NCBI GenBank assembly: GCA_017499595.2
Contig: CM039001.1
Span: 2,790,001 to 2,854,000, forward strand
Length of the DNA stretch: 64,000 nucleotides
Source: Psilocybe cubensis
Taxonomy: Eukaryota
Direction of reading: 5' to 3'
Part shown: positions 23,648-33,833 of the stretch, one piece after another
Position numbering within the stretch: position 1 is the first letter of the stretch
How the letters are laid out: the number at the start of each line of letters is the position of its first letter
Position numbers and translations under genes: made by a program
The notes under the pieces: model-generated
Seen by the model: only the letters and a program-made list of their open reading frames with translations
Told to the model about the DNA's origin: nothing
Databases searched by the model: none

Positions 23648-26600
23648 TACGCACCGATAAATTGGAATTCCTGCTCCCCTGACTATCCATAATGCCCCCC
23701 ATATATATCTTACAATATCGAGGTGTATTTGGTTGCTAATTCTACGTACAACAGACTACGCCCTCTTTTGACTGGTCCCAGGGCTCCGTCTTCCTACAAG
23801 ACGGTATAATTTACTACTCTCCCAATTGTAACTGACCAGTCCGTATCAAGACCCCAGAGCGGAATCACCCCCACCCATTCCCCGAACGTGCAGAGCCAGA
23901 TCCCACCTCTGTTAAGCATCCTGTCTGGTGGACAGACACCTTTGGGTGGATGTCCTTCATACCGCTCAACCCATCCTTTATCTCCGACCCCTTCGACACC
24001 TTTACCTGACAGCCTGAGCTGGATGTAACTCCTAGCTATAATACTCCACCCGGTCCCACTCTCTACCAGCTCGAAATTCATACTATAAAGCATTGGCGGT
24101 TTAAGGAACAATGTTTACTAGAAGCTGCGCACAAAATGAAGCTATGGTACCACGTACCAGCCAGTCAACCACCCCCGCCTTCCATCTTTAAATACGATGA
24201 GCCCTACACATCAAAAGAAGAAGCTTATCGCCAGATTAAATTGGCGCGAGATTGGTTTGCCGTATGGATGGGATTCTTTGCATATTTCGCTGCGTGTGCA
24301 AAGTATGACAAGTATTGTGCAGGAAAGATGGTGAGAGAGAAGGGCGAGTTACTACCCCGATGGTATACCAGGCTGCTCGAGGAGGTTCCGATGCTACAGC
24401 GATCCTGGTTGTACGGGCTTTTAACATCGCCAGCGTGTGTATTCTCACCCGACACTCAGCGTGCAGGGATAGTTATTCCCTGGTATGAATATGACAATCG
24501 GAGGCCCGAGATACAGTTCTTCCTGGACCAGCAGATTCCTGTTTTCTTTCCGTGGTGTGCCATCGCAGAACAGGCCATCATAAACAACCCCACCCTTTGC
24601 TATCTTGAGCCTCCTGCAAACCTTGTTTGGGATGCCCTTGAGAAGTTTCTGAACCGATTCCCCAGTGTTCCTCTCGCTGGCCTAATCCTTAGGTCTTACT
24701 TTCGATTTCATGATCGCCCGCTGCACTCCACCAAACATATATTGAGAATGGAACACAGTACGTCGTTGGTCACAAAATATATGTATGAAAAATTTGCCTC
24801 GCAAACCGACAAGGTCAAGGCGGCTATGGAGGAGAACCAGATGGAGGCCACGGTTGCAGAATTGAGGGAGATAGTAAGCCGAGCCATGGACATGGACCTC
24901 GCAGAGGCCAAGCGAGCCATAGCAAATCTCCCCACTCACGATTGGATGGACAAAGGTGACTACCACCGGAGAGGAGAGTTGTACGACCACGTCTCAATAT
25001 TCTTGGAGAAACACGAGAGAAACCAGCGCTTTATCATTGCGACTGAGACCGAGGACGCAAAGATCAAAAGGCTTCAAAGAGAGGAGGCCCTCCCGGGGTA
25101 CAACACATTGGTCTATAGGTGGAAAAGTGTCACGACGCCGGGGGGGAAGAAATTATACATGCGAGTTTGCCTCCTTCAATCAAAGCACGAGAGACTGTTC
25201 GCAAAGGTGCCTCCCTCTCAACGAACATACAATGCAGTCTCAAACGAGTGGGACATTTTTGATGAAGTGGATTTGCCACGAAAATATCTGCAATTTGTGG
25301 ACCCCCCTCCTAGGAAGGACGGTTATATCTACGACTATCCTATCCAAGCCGCCCGCATCAATCCCCAGTCCATCATCCCCGACAACGATGTACCCCGTGT
25401 GGAATCCGTTCCCGTCATCCCAGAACCCTGTGTAGACTCTTCCTCGGGTGGTGTGACTTCCTCTCATGAAACTCAGTACGAAACATTCCCCATGGACACG
25501 GAGGAATTTCAGGAGGGGCCTTCCCAGCCTCTGGTACATCGTCCAGAGCCGGGCCCCTCCACCATGGATACCGACACTGATGAAGCTTCGAAAATCCACG
25601 ATTACGATTGGGACACTGCCGACCTCATCTCCAACTTGCGATACAGCTATGGATTCGTAGCCTCTGTAGTCCCAAAGAAGGAGGATAAGACACCGGAAGG
25701 CTGGAAACACGCCTGTCAACACTTTGGGTTTTGTCAGGGTTTCTCCAGTTTCCCCTCTTTATCTTCACAGAATTATCTTACCCTTTCATTATCTTATCAA
25801 TTATCTGATTAGATAGTTTATTTCTTTCATCACAGCCTTTTTGCTCCACTTCTTTCTAGTAAATTCTATATGATTCCTAGTCTTACTCATCCTTTTTCTA
25901 TATGATGTCACTTTTATTCTTTAACCTTCCTTTATGATGTAATGTAGGGAATATTCTAGAATAGCTGTAGAGTATAAATACTGGACTTGTAGGTAGCTGT
26001 AGCTTCAGCTTCAATCTCTTAGGATATCCACTATCATTGGTGTGATCTCTTAGAACCATTGAATCTCTCTCACTCTCTTATTCTCTCTTTGCTCTCTTAC
26101 TCTCCCTCTGCTCTCTCTCTCTCTTGCTTAATCTTTGTTGGTGGCCTTGTCACACTGATTATAGTGTTGCCCTGACAGAAGATTGAAGCTCTCTCAAGAC
26201 AACTCCACCATCTCTCTTTCAACACCAAACTCTTCACCTCTTCAACCTCTTCAACACCATTACCTCAACCTTCTTCCTCCACTTCCAACCCACCAACCTC
26301 TTCATCAACCTCTTCACCAATCTTCTTACCACTCTCTACATCTCCACCAATCTTCAACATCCTCCTCAAGACCTTTCCTCAAGACCTTTGGCTCATCATC
26401 TTTCCTACTCTCTGTTGTGTGCTGTGTGTGAACTTAGTAGATAGGGATACCAACTGTTGGGGCAGACACAGTCCTACTAGTGTTCTGTTTTTGGTGGTCT
26501 AGGAAATATCCAGTAACCCTGTGATCCTAGGTTTAGAGCCCTGAGTGGTGTGACAACTGGGTATCCAGTAGATAGATATTTTTTTTTTTTAGAATACTTA

Positions 26601-26673
26601 GTATAGTTTCAAGGGCACTTTCAGTAGATAGCTTCTCCCACACACACATCAGAGAGCCTACCTACCCCTACCC

Positions 26674-27783
26674 ATGGACATGGACCCCTCCCAATTGCCT
26701 CCCACCACTCCTTCTGTGGAAGAGCTCATGCATCAGGTCCAGCTCCTTACCCAAGAGTTGAATTTTCTTAGACAGCAGCAGCAGTCATTATCCACTCCAC
26801 CACACCCTCAGCAACCAGTCAGTCAGTCACCATCACCACCACCACCACCACCACCTGCTGCTCTAGATATTCACTCTTTCCCTACCCCTCATGTTGCCCC
26901 TTCCTGTTCACACTCTGCCATTAAAGTCTCACCTCCAGATCCATTTGATGGTTCTATGGAGAAGGCAGAAAACTTCCTCAGTCAGCTTAAATTATATTTC
27001 TATGGGAAAGGGATTACAGATGACTTTCAGAAAGTTATTTGTGCTCTATCTCATATGAAAGGAGGTACTGCTGGGAAGTGGGCATATGAGAAGACTAAAG
27101 TAATAGACAATGCTCAGTCCCAAGAAGGTCTTTGGGCTGACTTTGTTTATGAATTTAGGGAAGTGTTTGCAGATCCAGACCCCTCCAACACAGCTAAGCA
27201 TAAAATGCACATGCTCAAGCAAGGCAGACAGACTGCTGATGAGTATGTTGCTAGCTTCAGGGCTCTGATCTCAGATACTGGGTATAATGATGCTGCTTTG
27301 GTAGACCAATTCAAGGCTGGGCTTAATGAAAATCTCAGGAATGCAGTCTACTATGTTCCTGATATGCCCAAAACCTTGGATGGATGGATTAAATGGAGTA
27401 CTAGGCTAGATAGGCAGTGGAGACAGAGTGAGGCCTTTACCAAGTCTCTTTCCTCCTCCTCTTCTTCTCCCTTCCTTAAAGCCCCAACTCCCAAGGCTGT
27501 TCCTAAGCCTACTCCAAATCCTCCAGTCTTTTCCAACAGCAGCTCAAGGACCTTTGGTGCTCAGGCAAAGCAACCAGATGTAGTTCCCATGGAGGTTGAC
27601 TCTGGATGGAAGTCAGTTAGGCCAATTGTTTGCTTCAAGTGCAGAAAGCCTGGTCATAAGGCTGTAAACTGCAGGTCATCAGTTAACATCAATGCTATGA
27701 CCCATGAAGAACTGGCTGACTACTTTGGGAAATTAATCTTGGAAGGCAAGGAGCAGAAAGATGAGGAAAAGAAAAATTTTTAG
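26674..27783 (+). CDS. gag: Retrotransposon Gag with CCHC zinc knuckle
   Basis: PDPFDG, LKQGRQTADEYVASFR, VPMEVD and CFKCRKPGHKAVNC. Confidence 0.95.
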   Translation: MDMDPSQLPPTTPSVEELMHQVQLLTQELNFLRQQQQSLSTPPHPQQPVSQSPSPPPPPPPAALDIHSFPTPHVAPSCSHSAIKVSPPDPFDGSMEKAENFLSQLKLYFYGKGITDDFQKVICALSHMKGGTAGKWAYEKTKVIDNAQSQEGLWADFVYEFREVFADPDPSNTAKHKMHMLKQGRQTADEYVASFRALISDTGYNDAALVDQFKAGLNENLRNAVYYVPDMPKTLDGWIKWSTRLDRQWRQSEAFTKSLSSSSSSPFLKAPTPKAVPKPTPNPPVFSNSSSRTFGAQAKQPDVVPMEVDSGWKSVRPIVCFKCRKPGHKAVNCRSSVNINAMTHEELADYFGKLILEGKEQKDEEKKNF

Positions 27784-30700
27784 AAGCACCATTGGTGAAA
27801 GACATGTCCCAATGGAATAGATTTAATGTACTAGAAAATGAAATTGACAGACTTGATCCTCAGTCTTCAGATTCTGGTGCAGAAATCATGTCTTCTTCTT
27901 CCTCTCTTTCTACCTTCCCTGAAAAGATCTACATCCTCAACCATAATCCTAAAACCTCTACCCATTTGTCTGTCATCTTAAAGACAATGGACACAGAGAA
28001 AAGGTTATCTGTTGATGCTTTGCTTGATTCTGGAGCTACTGGCCTCTTTCTGCATTCTGGTTTTGTGAAGTATCATAATCTCAACACAAGGAAACTTCCT
28101 AGAGCCATTCCAGTCTATAATGTTGATGGTACTCTCAACAAGAGTGGCTCTATCCATGAGGAAGTAGACTTAATTATGGTACACAAAAACCATACAGAAA
28201 GGGCCACCTTTGCTGTTTGTGACTTGGGAGACAAATCTGCTATCATTGGACATACTTGGCTTTGGCACCATAATCCAGATGTTGATTGGAAGACAGGGGA
28301 TGTCCAGTTTATTAGATGTCCCTCTGACTGCCAAATGGAAGCCAAAAGAGCCAGAAGAAAGAGGCAGAGAATAGCTGCAGTCAAAAGGAGGAAACTCCCT
28401 CAATTTGATGAAGAAGAAGATGATTCTATTGAAGATTCTTCTGATTCTGAGATTGAGCCTGAGGATAGAATTTTTATCTCATACCTTCATCCTCAGAAGC
28501 AGTCTATTAATGCTACTTCTACTATGTCTCAAAGATTAGCAGAAGAGTCTCATCAGCAAGCTGATTCCCCTAAGAAAACCTTTGAAGAAACTGTTCCTAA
28601 GCACTATCATCAGTTTAAAGGTGTTTTTTCAAAGGAATCTTTTGATAGGCTACCAGACAGAAAGCCTTGGGATCATGCTATTGAGCTAAAACCTGGTTCT
28701 GAACCTTACAGATCCAAGATTTATCCTCTTTCTCCCAATGAACAAAAGGAACTTGATGCCTTTTTAGAGGAAAATCTGAAGTCTGGCAGGATTAGACCCT
28801 CCAAGTCACCTATGGCCTCCCCTGTATTCTTTGTCAAGAAGAAGGATGGATCTCTTAGGCTTGTCCAGGACTATAGGAAACTGAATGAAATGACCATCAA
28901 GAACTCCTACCCCCTTCCATTGATTTCTGACATCATCACCAAACTCAGCAAAGCCAAATACTTCACCAAACTTGATGTTAGGTGGGGATTTAACAATGTC
29001 AGAATCAAAAAGGGAGATGAATGGAAAGCAGCCTTTAGAACCAATAGAGGGCTGTTTGAACCATTGGTCATGTTCTTTGGTTTAACCAATAGTCCTGCTA
29101 CCTTCCAAACTATGATGAATGATATCTTTATTGAGCTCATTGATGGAAATGTTGTCATTGTCTACATGGATGACATTTTAATTTTCACTGAGACTCTTGA
29201 TCATCATAGAGAGGTAGTCAAGCAAGTTCTGCAAATCCTAGAACAGAACAAACTCTACCTTAAAGCAGAGAAATGTGAATTTGAAAAGGAAAAGATTGAA
29301 TATCTTGGACTAATCATTTCACAAGGCAGGATTGAGATGGATCCTGTCAAGGTAGAGGGAGTTTCTAAATGGCCTGAACCTGAAAATGTCAAGGATGTCC
29401 AATCATTCTTGGGATTTGTTAATTTTTATAGAAGGTTCATAAAGGATTTTGCAGACATTGCTAAGCCCCTTCATGAATTGACAAAGAAAGGAACAGTCTG
29501 GAGATGGAGTCTTAGACAGCAGGAAGCCTTTGACCAGTTAAAGAAGAAAGTCACTTCTTCACCTGTCTTGATTTTCCCTGATGATAACAAGCCATATAAA
29601 GTTGAAGCAGACAGTTCAGATTATGCTACTGGGGCTGTTTTATCTCAGGAAGGATCAGATGGGAAATGGCATCCTGTAGCCTTTATGTCTAAGAGTCTAT
29701 CTGAAGTAGAAAGGAATTATGAGATCCATGACAAAGAGATGCTGGCTATTATCAGAGCACTAGATGAATGGAGACATTATCTTGAAGGAACCCAACATTC
29801 CTTTGAGATTTGGACAGACCACAAAAACTTAGAGTACTTTATGGTTGCCCAAAAGCTCAGCAGAAGGCAAGCCAGATGGTCACTCTTCCTGTCCAGATTT
29901 GATTTTACTCTTCATCATAGGCCTGGTAAAAGATCTCTTAAGCCAGATGCTTTGTCTAGGAGACCAGATCATAAAAAGGGAGAGAATGATAACCAAAATG
30001 TAGTTCTCCTCAAACCTTCCTACTTTAAAATCCAGGCTCTCAAGCAGGGTCATGCTACCATTACTGGTGCAGAAAATGATCTTCTTAAGAAGATTAGAGA
30101 AGCTAAGGAGATGGATGAAAAGGTGGTCAAGGCAGTTCAGGAGCTCAAGAAATCTTCTACCAAGAAGATTGAAGGACAGGAATGGTCAGAAGAACAAGGC
30201 CTTATTCTCTACAGGGGGAAGGTGTATGTTCCCAAGGACAAAGATCTTAGAAGAAAGATTGTGGAACTGCACCATGATGCCTTCATTGCTGGACATCCAG
30301 GGAAATGGAAGACAATTGAGCTAGTCTCTAGGAATTATTGGTGGCCAGGAATGTCACATTTTATTGCAGCCTATATCAGAGGTTGTGATAGATGCAACAG
30401 AACCAAAACCTTTCCAGCCAAACCTCTTGGCCTTTTAATTCCTACTGAGATTCCCTCTGATGTCTGGCAATGCATCTCTGTGGACTTTATTATGGGGTTA
30501 CCAGAATGTCAAGGGTATAATGCCATTATGGTGGTTGTGGATAGACTTAGTAAAATGATCCACATTATCCCTACCACAGATGAAGTCACTTCTGAAGGGA
30601 CAGCCAGACTATACAGAGATTATGTCTGGAAACACCATGGCTTACCCATTAAAATTCTGTGTGATAGAGGTCCACAGTTTGTCTCAAGGTTTATGAAAGA

Positions 30701-31661
30701 ACTCAACTCAATACTTGGTATCCAGACAGCTTCATCTACAGCCTACCATCCCCAAACTGATGGTCAGACTGAAAGAGTTAACCAAGAAATTGAGCAGTAT
30801 CTTAGACTCTTTATAAACCATAGACAAGATGATTGGGTTGAATGGTTAGCTCTAGCTGAATTCTCTTATAACAATAGAGTTCAGGCTTCAACCAGGCAGA
30901 CACCATTCATGCTCAATAATGGCAGACATCCCAGAATGGGCACTGAACCCCTTAGAGATAGTAAAATGGACACTGTGGATACCTTTGTGAAAAATATGGA
31001 AGAAGCCAGGAAAGAAGCAGAGTCTGCACTTAGAAAAGCTGCTGATGATATGGCTAAATTCTATAATAGACACAGAGGTACTCCAACTCAGTACAAAGTT
31101 GGGGATTTGGTATGGTTGGATGGCAAGGACCTCAAAACTGATAGGCCCTCCAAGAAATTGGATGATAAAAGATATGGGCCTTACAAAATTACCAAAGTTA
31201 TTAGCCCTAATGCCTATGAGCTTAAGCTGCCATCTACCATGAAAATCCATCCAGTGTTCAATGTGGTTAAACTTCTACCTTATCACCCAGATATTGTAGG
31301 AAGAAAGCCTCCTTCTAGACCACCTCCTATCATTCAAGGAGAAAATCCTGAGTGGGAAGTTGAATTTATCAAGGACAGCAGACTTTTTAGAAACAAACTT
31401 CAATATTTGGTCAAGTGGAAGAACTACCCTAATGAAGAATGCACTTGGGAGCCTGCAGAGCATTTGAAAAATGCTTCTAAGGCTATCAAGGACTTCCATG
31501 CCAAACATCCTTCAGCACCTAGAAGGATTTCTGCTGTGACCTTTGATAGACTTTCTTTCACTCCTATTATTAACTTTACTGAACCTCCTCCTCTTCTTAA
31601 ACCCTCTAAACTAACCCATCCATGTGCACATTGTGGAAAATGTGCCTTAGAGAGGGGGTGA
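27780..31661 (+). CDS. pol: Pol (protease-RT-RNase H-integrase-chromodomain), in the -1 frame relative to gag
   Basis: LLDSGAT, YMDDIL, EADSSDYATG, HHDAFIAGHPG/CDRC, DRGPQF, QTDGQTERVN and chromodomain WEVEFI..YLVKWKNY..TWEP. Slippery A-AAT-TTT lies at the gag end. Confidence 0.95.
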   Translation, partial: LEAPLVKDMSQWNRFNVLENEIDRLDPQSSDSGAEIMSSSSSLSTFPEKIYILNHNPKTSTHLSVILKTMDTEKRLSVDALLDSGATGLFLHSGFVKYHNLNTRKLPRAIPVYNVDGTLNKSGSIHEEVDLIMVHKNHTERATFAVCDLGDKSAIIGHTWLWHHNPDVDWKTGDVQFIRCPSDCQMEAKRARRKRQRIAAVKRRKLPQFDEEEDDSIEDSSDSEIEPEDRIFISYLHPQKQSINATSTMSQRLAEESHQQADSPKKTFEETVPKHYHQFKGVFSKESFDRLPDRKPWDHAIELKPGSEPYRSKIYPLSPNEQKELDAFLEENLKSGRIRPSKSPMASPVFFVKKKDGSLRLVQDYRKLNEMTIKNSYPLPLISDIITKLSKAKYFTKLDVRWGFNNVRIKKGDEWKAAFRTNRGLFEPLVMFFGLTNSPATFQTMMNDIFIELIDGNVVIVYMDDILIFTETLDHHREVVKQVLQILEQNKLYLKAEKCEFEKEKIEYLGLIISQGRIEMDPVKVEGVSKWPEPENVKDVQSFLGFVNFYRRFIKDFADIAKPLHELTKKGTVWRWSLRQQEAFDQLKKKVTSSPVLIFPDDNKPYKVEADSSDYATGAVLSQEGSDGKWHPVAFMSKSLSEVERNYEIHDKEMLAIIRALDEWRHYLEGTQHSFEIWTDHKNLEYFMVAQKLSRRQARWSLFLSRFDFTLHHRPGKRSLKPDALSRRPDHKKGENDNQNVVLLKPSYFKIQALKQGHATITGAENDLLKKIREAKEMDEKVVKAVQELKKSSTKKIEGQEWSEEQGLILYRGKVYVPKDKDLRRKIVELHHDAFIAGHPGKWKTIELVSRNYWWPGMSHFIAAYIRGCDRCNRTKTFPAKPLGLLIPTEIPSDVWQCISVDFIMGLPECQGYNAIMVVVDRLSKMIHIIPTTDEVTSEGTARLYRDYVWKHHGLPIKILCDRGPQFVSRFMKELNSILGIQTASSTAYHPQTDGQTERVNQEIEQYLRLFINHRQDDWVEWLALAEFSYNNRVQASTRQTPFMLNNGRHPRMGTEPLRDSKMDTVDTFVKNMEEARKEAESALRKAADDMAKFYNRHRGTPTQYKVGDLVWLDGKDLKTDRPSKKLDDKRYGPYKITKVISPNAYELKLPSTMKIHPVFNVVKLLPYHPDIVGRKPPSRPPPIIQGENPEWEVEFIKDSRLFRNKLQYLVKWKNYPNEECTWEPAEHLKNASKAIKDFHAKHPSAPRRISAVTFDRLSFTPIINFTEPPPLLKPSKLTHPCAHCGKCALERG

Positions 31662-33513
31662 TGTCAGGGTTTCTCCAGTTTCCCCTCTTTATCTTCACAG
31701 AATTATCTTACCCTTTCATTATCTTATCAATTATCTGATTAGATAGTTTATTTCTTTCATCACAGCCTTTTTGCTCCACTTCTTTCTAGTAAATTCTATA
31801 TGATTCCTAGTCTTACTCATCCTTTTTCTATATGATGTCACTTTTATTCTTTAACCTTCCTTTATGATGTAATGTAGGGAATATTCTAGAATAGCTGTAG
31901 AGTATAAATACTGGACTTGTAGGTAGCTGTAGCTTCAGCTTCAATCTCTTAGGATATCCACTATCATTGGTGTGATCTCTTAGAACCATTGAATCTCTCT
32001 CACTCTCTTATTCTCTCTTTGCTCTCTTACTCTCCCTCTGCTCTCTCTCTCTCTTGCTTAATCTTTGTTGGTGGCCTTGTCACACTGATTATAGTGTTGC
32101 CCTGACAGGTTTAGAAAGGATGGGGCAGAACAGTTTGTCTCAAACACGGATCGTCAACTCATCTGTCAGTTTCATGACGGTTTGATGGGGTCAACTGACC
32201 GTCCGCTCCCTCAAGACATTCACGATCTCCACCCGCAAAATTACCTATCCCTTCAAGTTTTAGGGAATCTCAGCCTTATCCATCGGCCCATCCCAAATCT
32301 ATTTGTTTTCGCTCATCACGACATACGTGCACCTCAGGAAAAGTCCGACAGAATGTCTGCTGATTGGAGTATTGGAGTCGAAACCCCAGAGGCTGCTTTA
32401 TATGTCTTACGAGTCTTCCAGTCCCATCCTGGGCATACAGTTGTCAGTGTGGCACACAGACTTTTGTCCAAAGGAGTGCAGTTTCGAACTCTTGTCGGGC
32501 GTAAAAATGTGGTTCAGGTGCATCAACCCTACAAGGAAGTTATCTTTTACCGCAAAGTCAGCTACAAGTTTACCAACGACGACTATGAGTCCTCAATGCT
32601 GGCCTGTCGGCAGATACTGGACCAACAACGCGGTCGTGCAGCGCTACTCATGGGTGGAATAGTAGGACGAATCGCCAAAGAGTATCTGAGCACAGAGTCT
32701 GTTCTCCAGGGCCCATCAGTAGAATTGCTGAGAAATGGACGCGGATATGTCGCTAATCCAGAGGCCGAGTTGCTGGCTTACTGCAATGACGGGCTTACAG
32801 AACACGATATTGCGATTATTATCGGGTCGTATTCTCTCATGACGGGTAAGTGTTCACTACATTTAACTGATTGCTCTATTTAATGTCGTTTTTAGATTTT
32901 AAAAATCAGGTCGGAGTCAAGTCTTGGTTTCCTCCCCCGGCGGTATGGAATGAAATCGACAAGAATGGGATAGGATGGCTGGAATGGACTGAACGCAACG
33001 AGTACTGGTACCAGACTAGGCTGGAATTAATTTGAAATGGCAAAGCGCAACCTTTAACGCTTCAAGACTGGAAGAGCCTTCTCAAAAATAAGCCAGTCCG
33101 TATTCTAAGGGAATCGGTGCGAGCTCAATCAGCGGCATTTGTCCATGAACATATCCCCATAACCAGGAATCCTCGTAGATAGGTAGCACATTTTTCTTGT
33201 TTCTTCATTCACGGATCTACACCACTACTCACAGTGTATTTTTGCCTTTGTACATACTACAAAACAAATTTTATGTATACTATCTATATTTCTTCGTACA
33301 GACTATTGGTCAGATATCATGTATACCACGGAAAAAATTGTTTGGACCTGCATCGAAACATGTGTGAATCAATTCTGAGCCCAAAAAACATAAAAAAAAC
33401 ATGAGATTGCTTACAGTAAGCTGGTTAGGCCAATCAAAACTCCGCTAAGTTTTGAACTCCGACACCGCGCCCTATCACACGTGAGGTTGATGTCTGCACT
33501 CTCCTTATTTGCT

Positions 33514-33810
33514 CTACCCAGGCTCATTGCTTGGGTCAGAACGAATTGGTGGCTCGCTATCCAGGCTCATTGCCGGGATAAGAGCTTCCTATCCACTGTC
33601 CAGGCTTATTGCTAGGACAAGGATTTTCTACCCCCTATCCAGGCTCATTGCTGGGATAAGGGTGTCGTTCGCCTGCCCAGGCTCATTGCTTGGGCAAGGA
33701 TATCCCCCCTATCCAGGCTCATTGCTGGGATAAGGGTATCGTTACTCTGCCCAGGCTCATTGCTTGGGCAAGGATTTTCTACTCCCTATCCAGGCTCATT
33801 GCATGGATAG
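33514..33810 (+). repeat. Array of eight hairpin units around AGGCTCATTGC with covarying stems
   Basis: Stems ACCC/GGGT, TATCC/GGATA, TGTCC/GGACA, TATCC/GGATA, TGCCC/GGGCA, TATCC/GGATA, TGCCC/GGGCA and CTATCC/GGATAG. One head reads AGGCTTATTGC. Confidence 0.95.
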
Positions 33811-33833
33811 TTGTACTTCAGCAGGCCGTAATT

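Larger units (their letters stand above)
25732..32107 (+). mobile_element. Full-length Ty3/Gypsy chromovirus, young insertion
   Basis: 446-bp TG..CA LTRs at 25732-26177 and 31662-32107, identical by eye. TSD GGTTT; PPT AGAGAGGGGGTGA; intact gag and pol. Confidence 0.97.
23692..33182 (+). pseudogene. Transposon cargo gene 2, uncharacterised agaricomycete protein, split by the LTR element
   Basis: The frame reads ...CQHFGF|RKDGAEQF across the chromovirus. Motifs YYSPN, WWTDTFGWMSFIP, RGRAALLMGGIVGRIA, SWFPP and EYWYQTRL; several TGA stops consistent with CGA>TGA or TGG>TGA. Start position approximate. Confidence 0.7.

Noticed and set aside
24136-25812. 558-aa ORF as a complete gene
   Set aside because: It is the middle of cargo gene 2; its last residues read into the chromovirus LTR.
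26445-26570. Hammerhead ribozyme or 5S-derived sequence in the Gypsy UTR
   Set aside because: No CUGANGA/GAAA core or convincing 5S boxes.
23452-33810. Hairpin repeat-spacer arrays as CRISPR
   Set aside because: Eukaryotic context, short and partly related spacers, variable stems and no cas-like genes.
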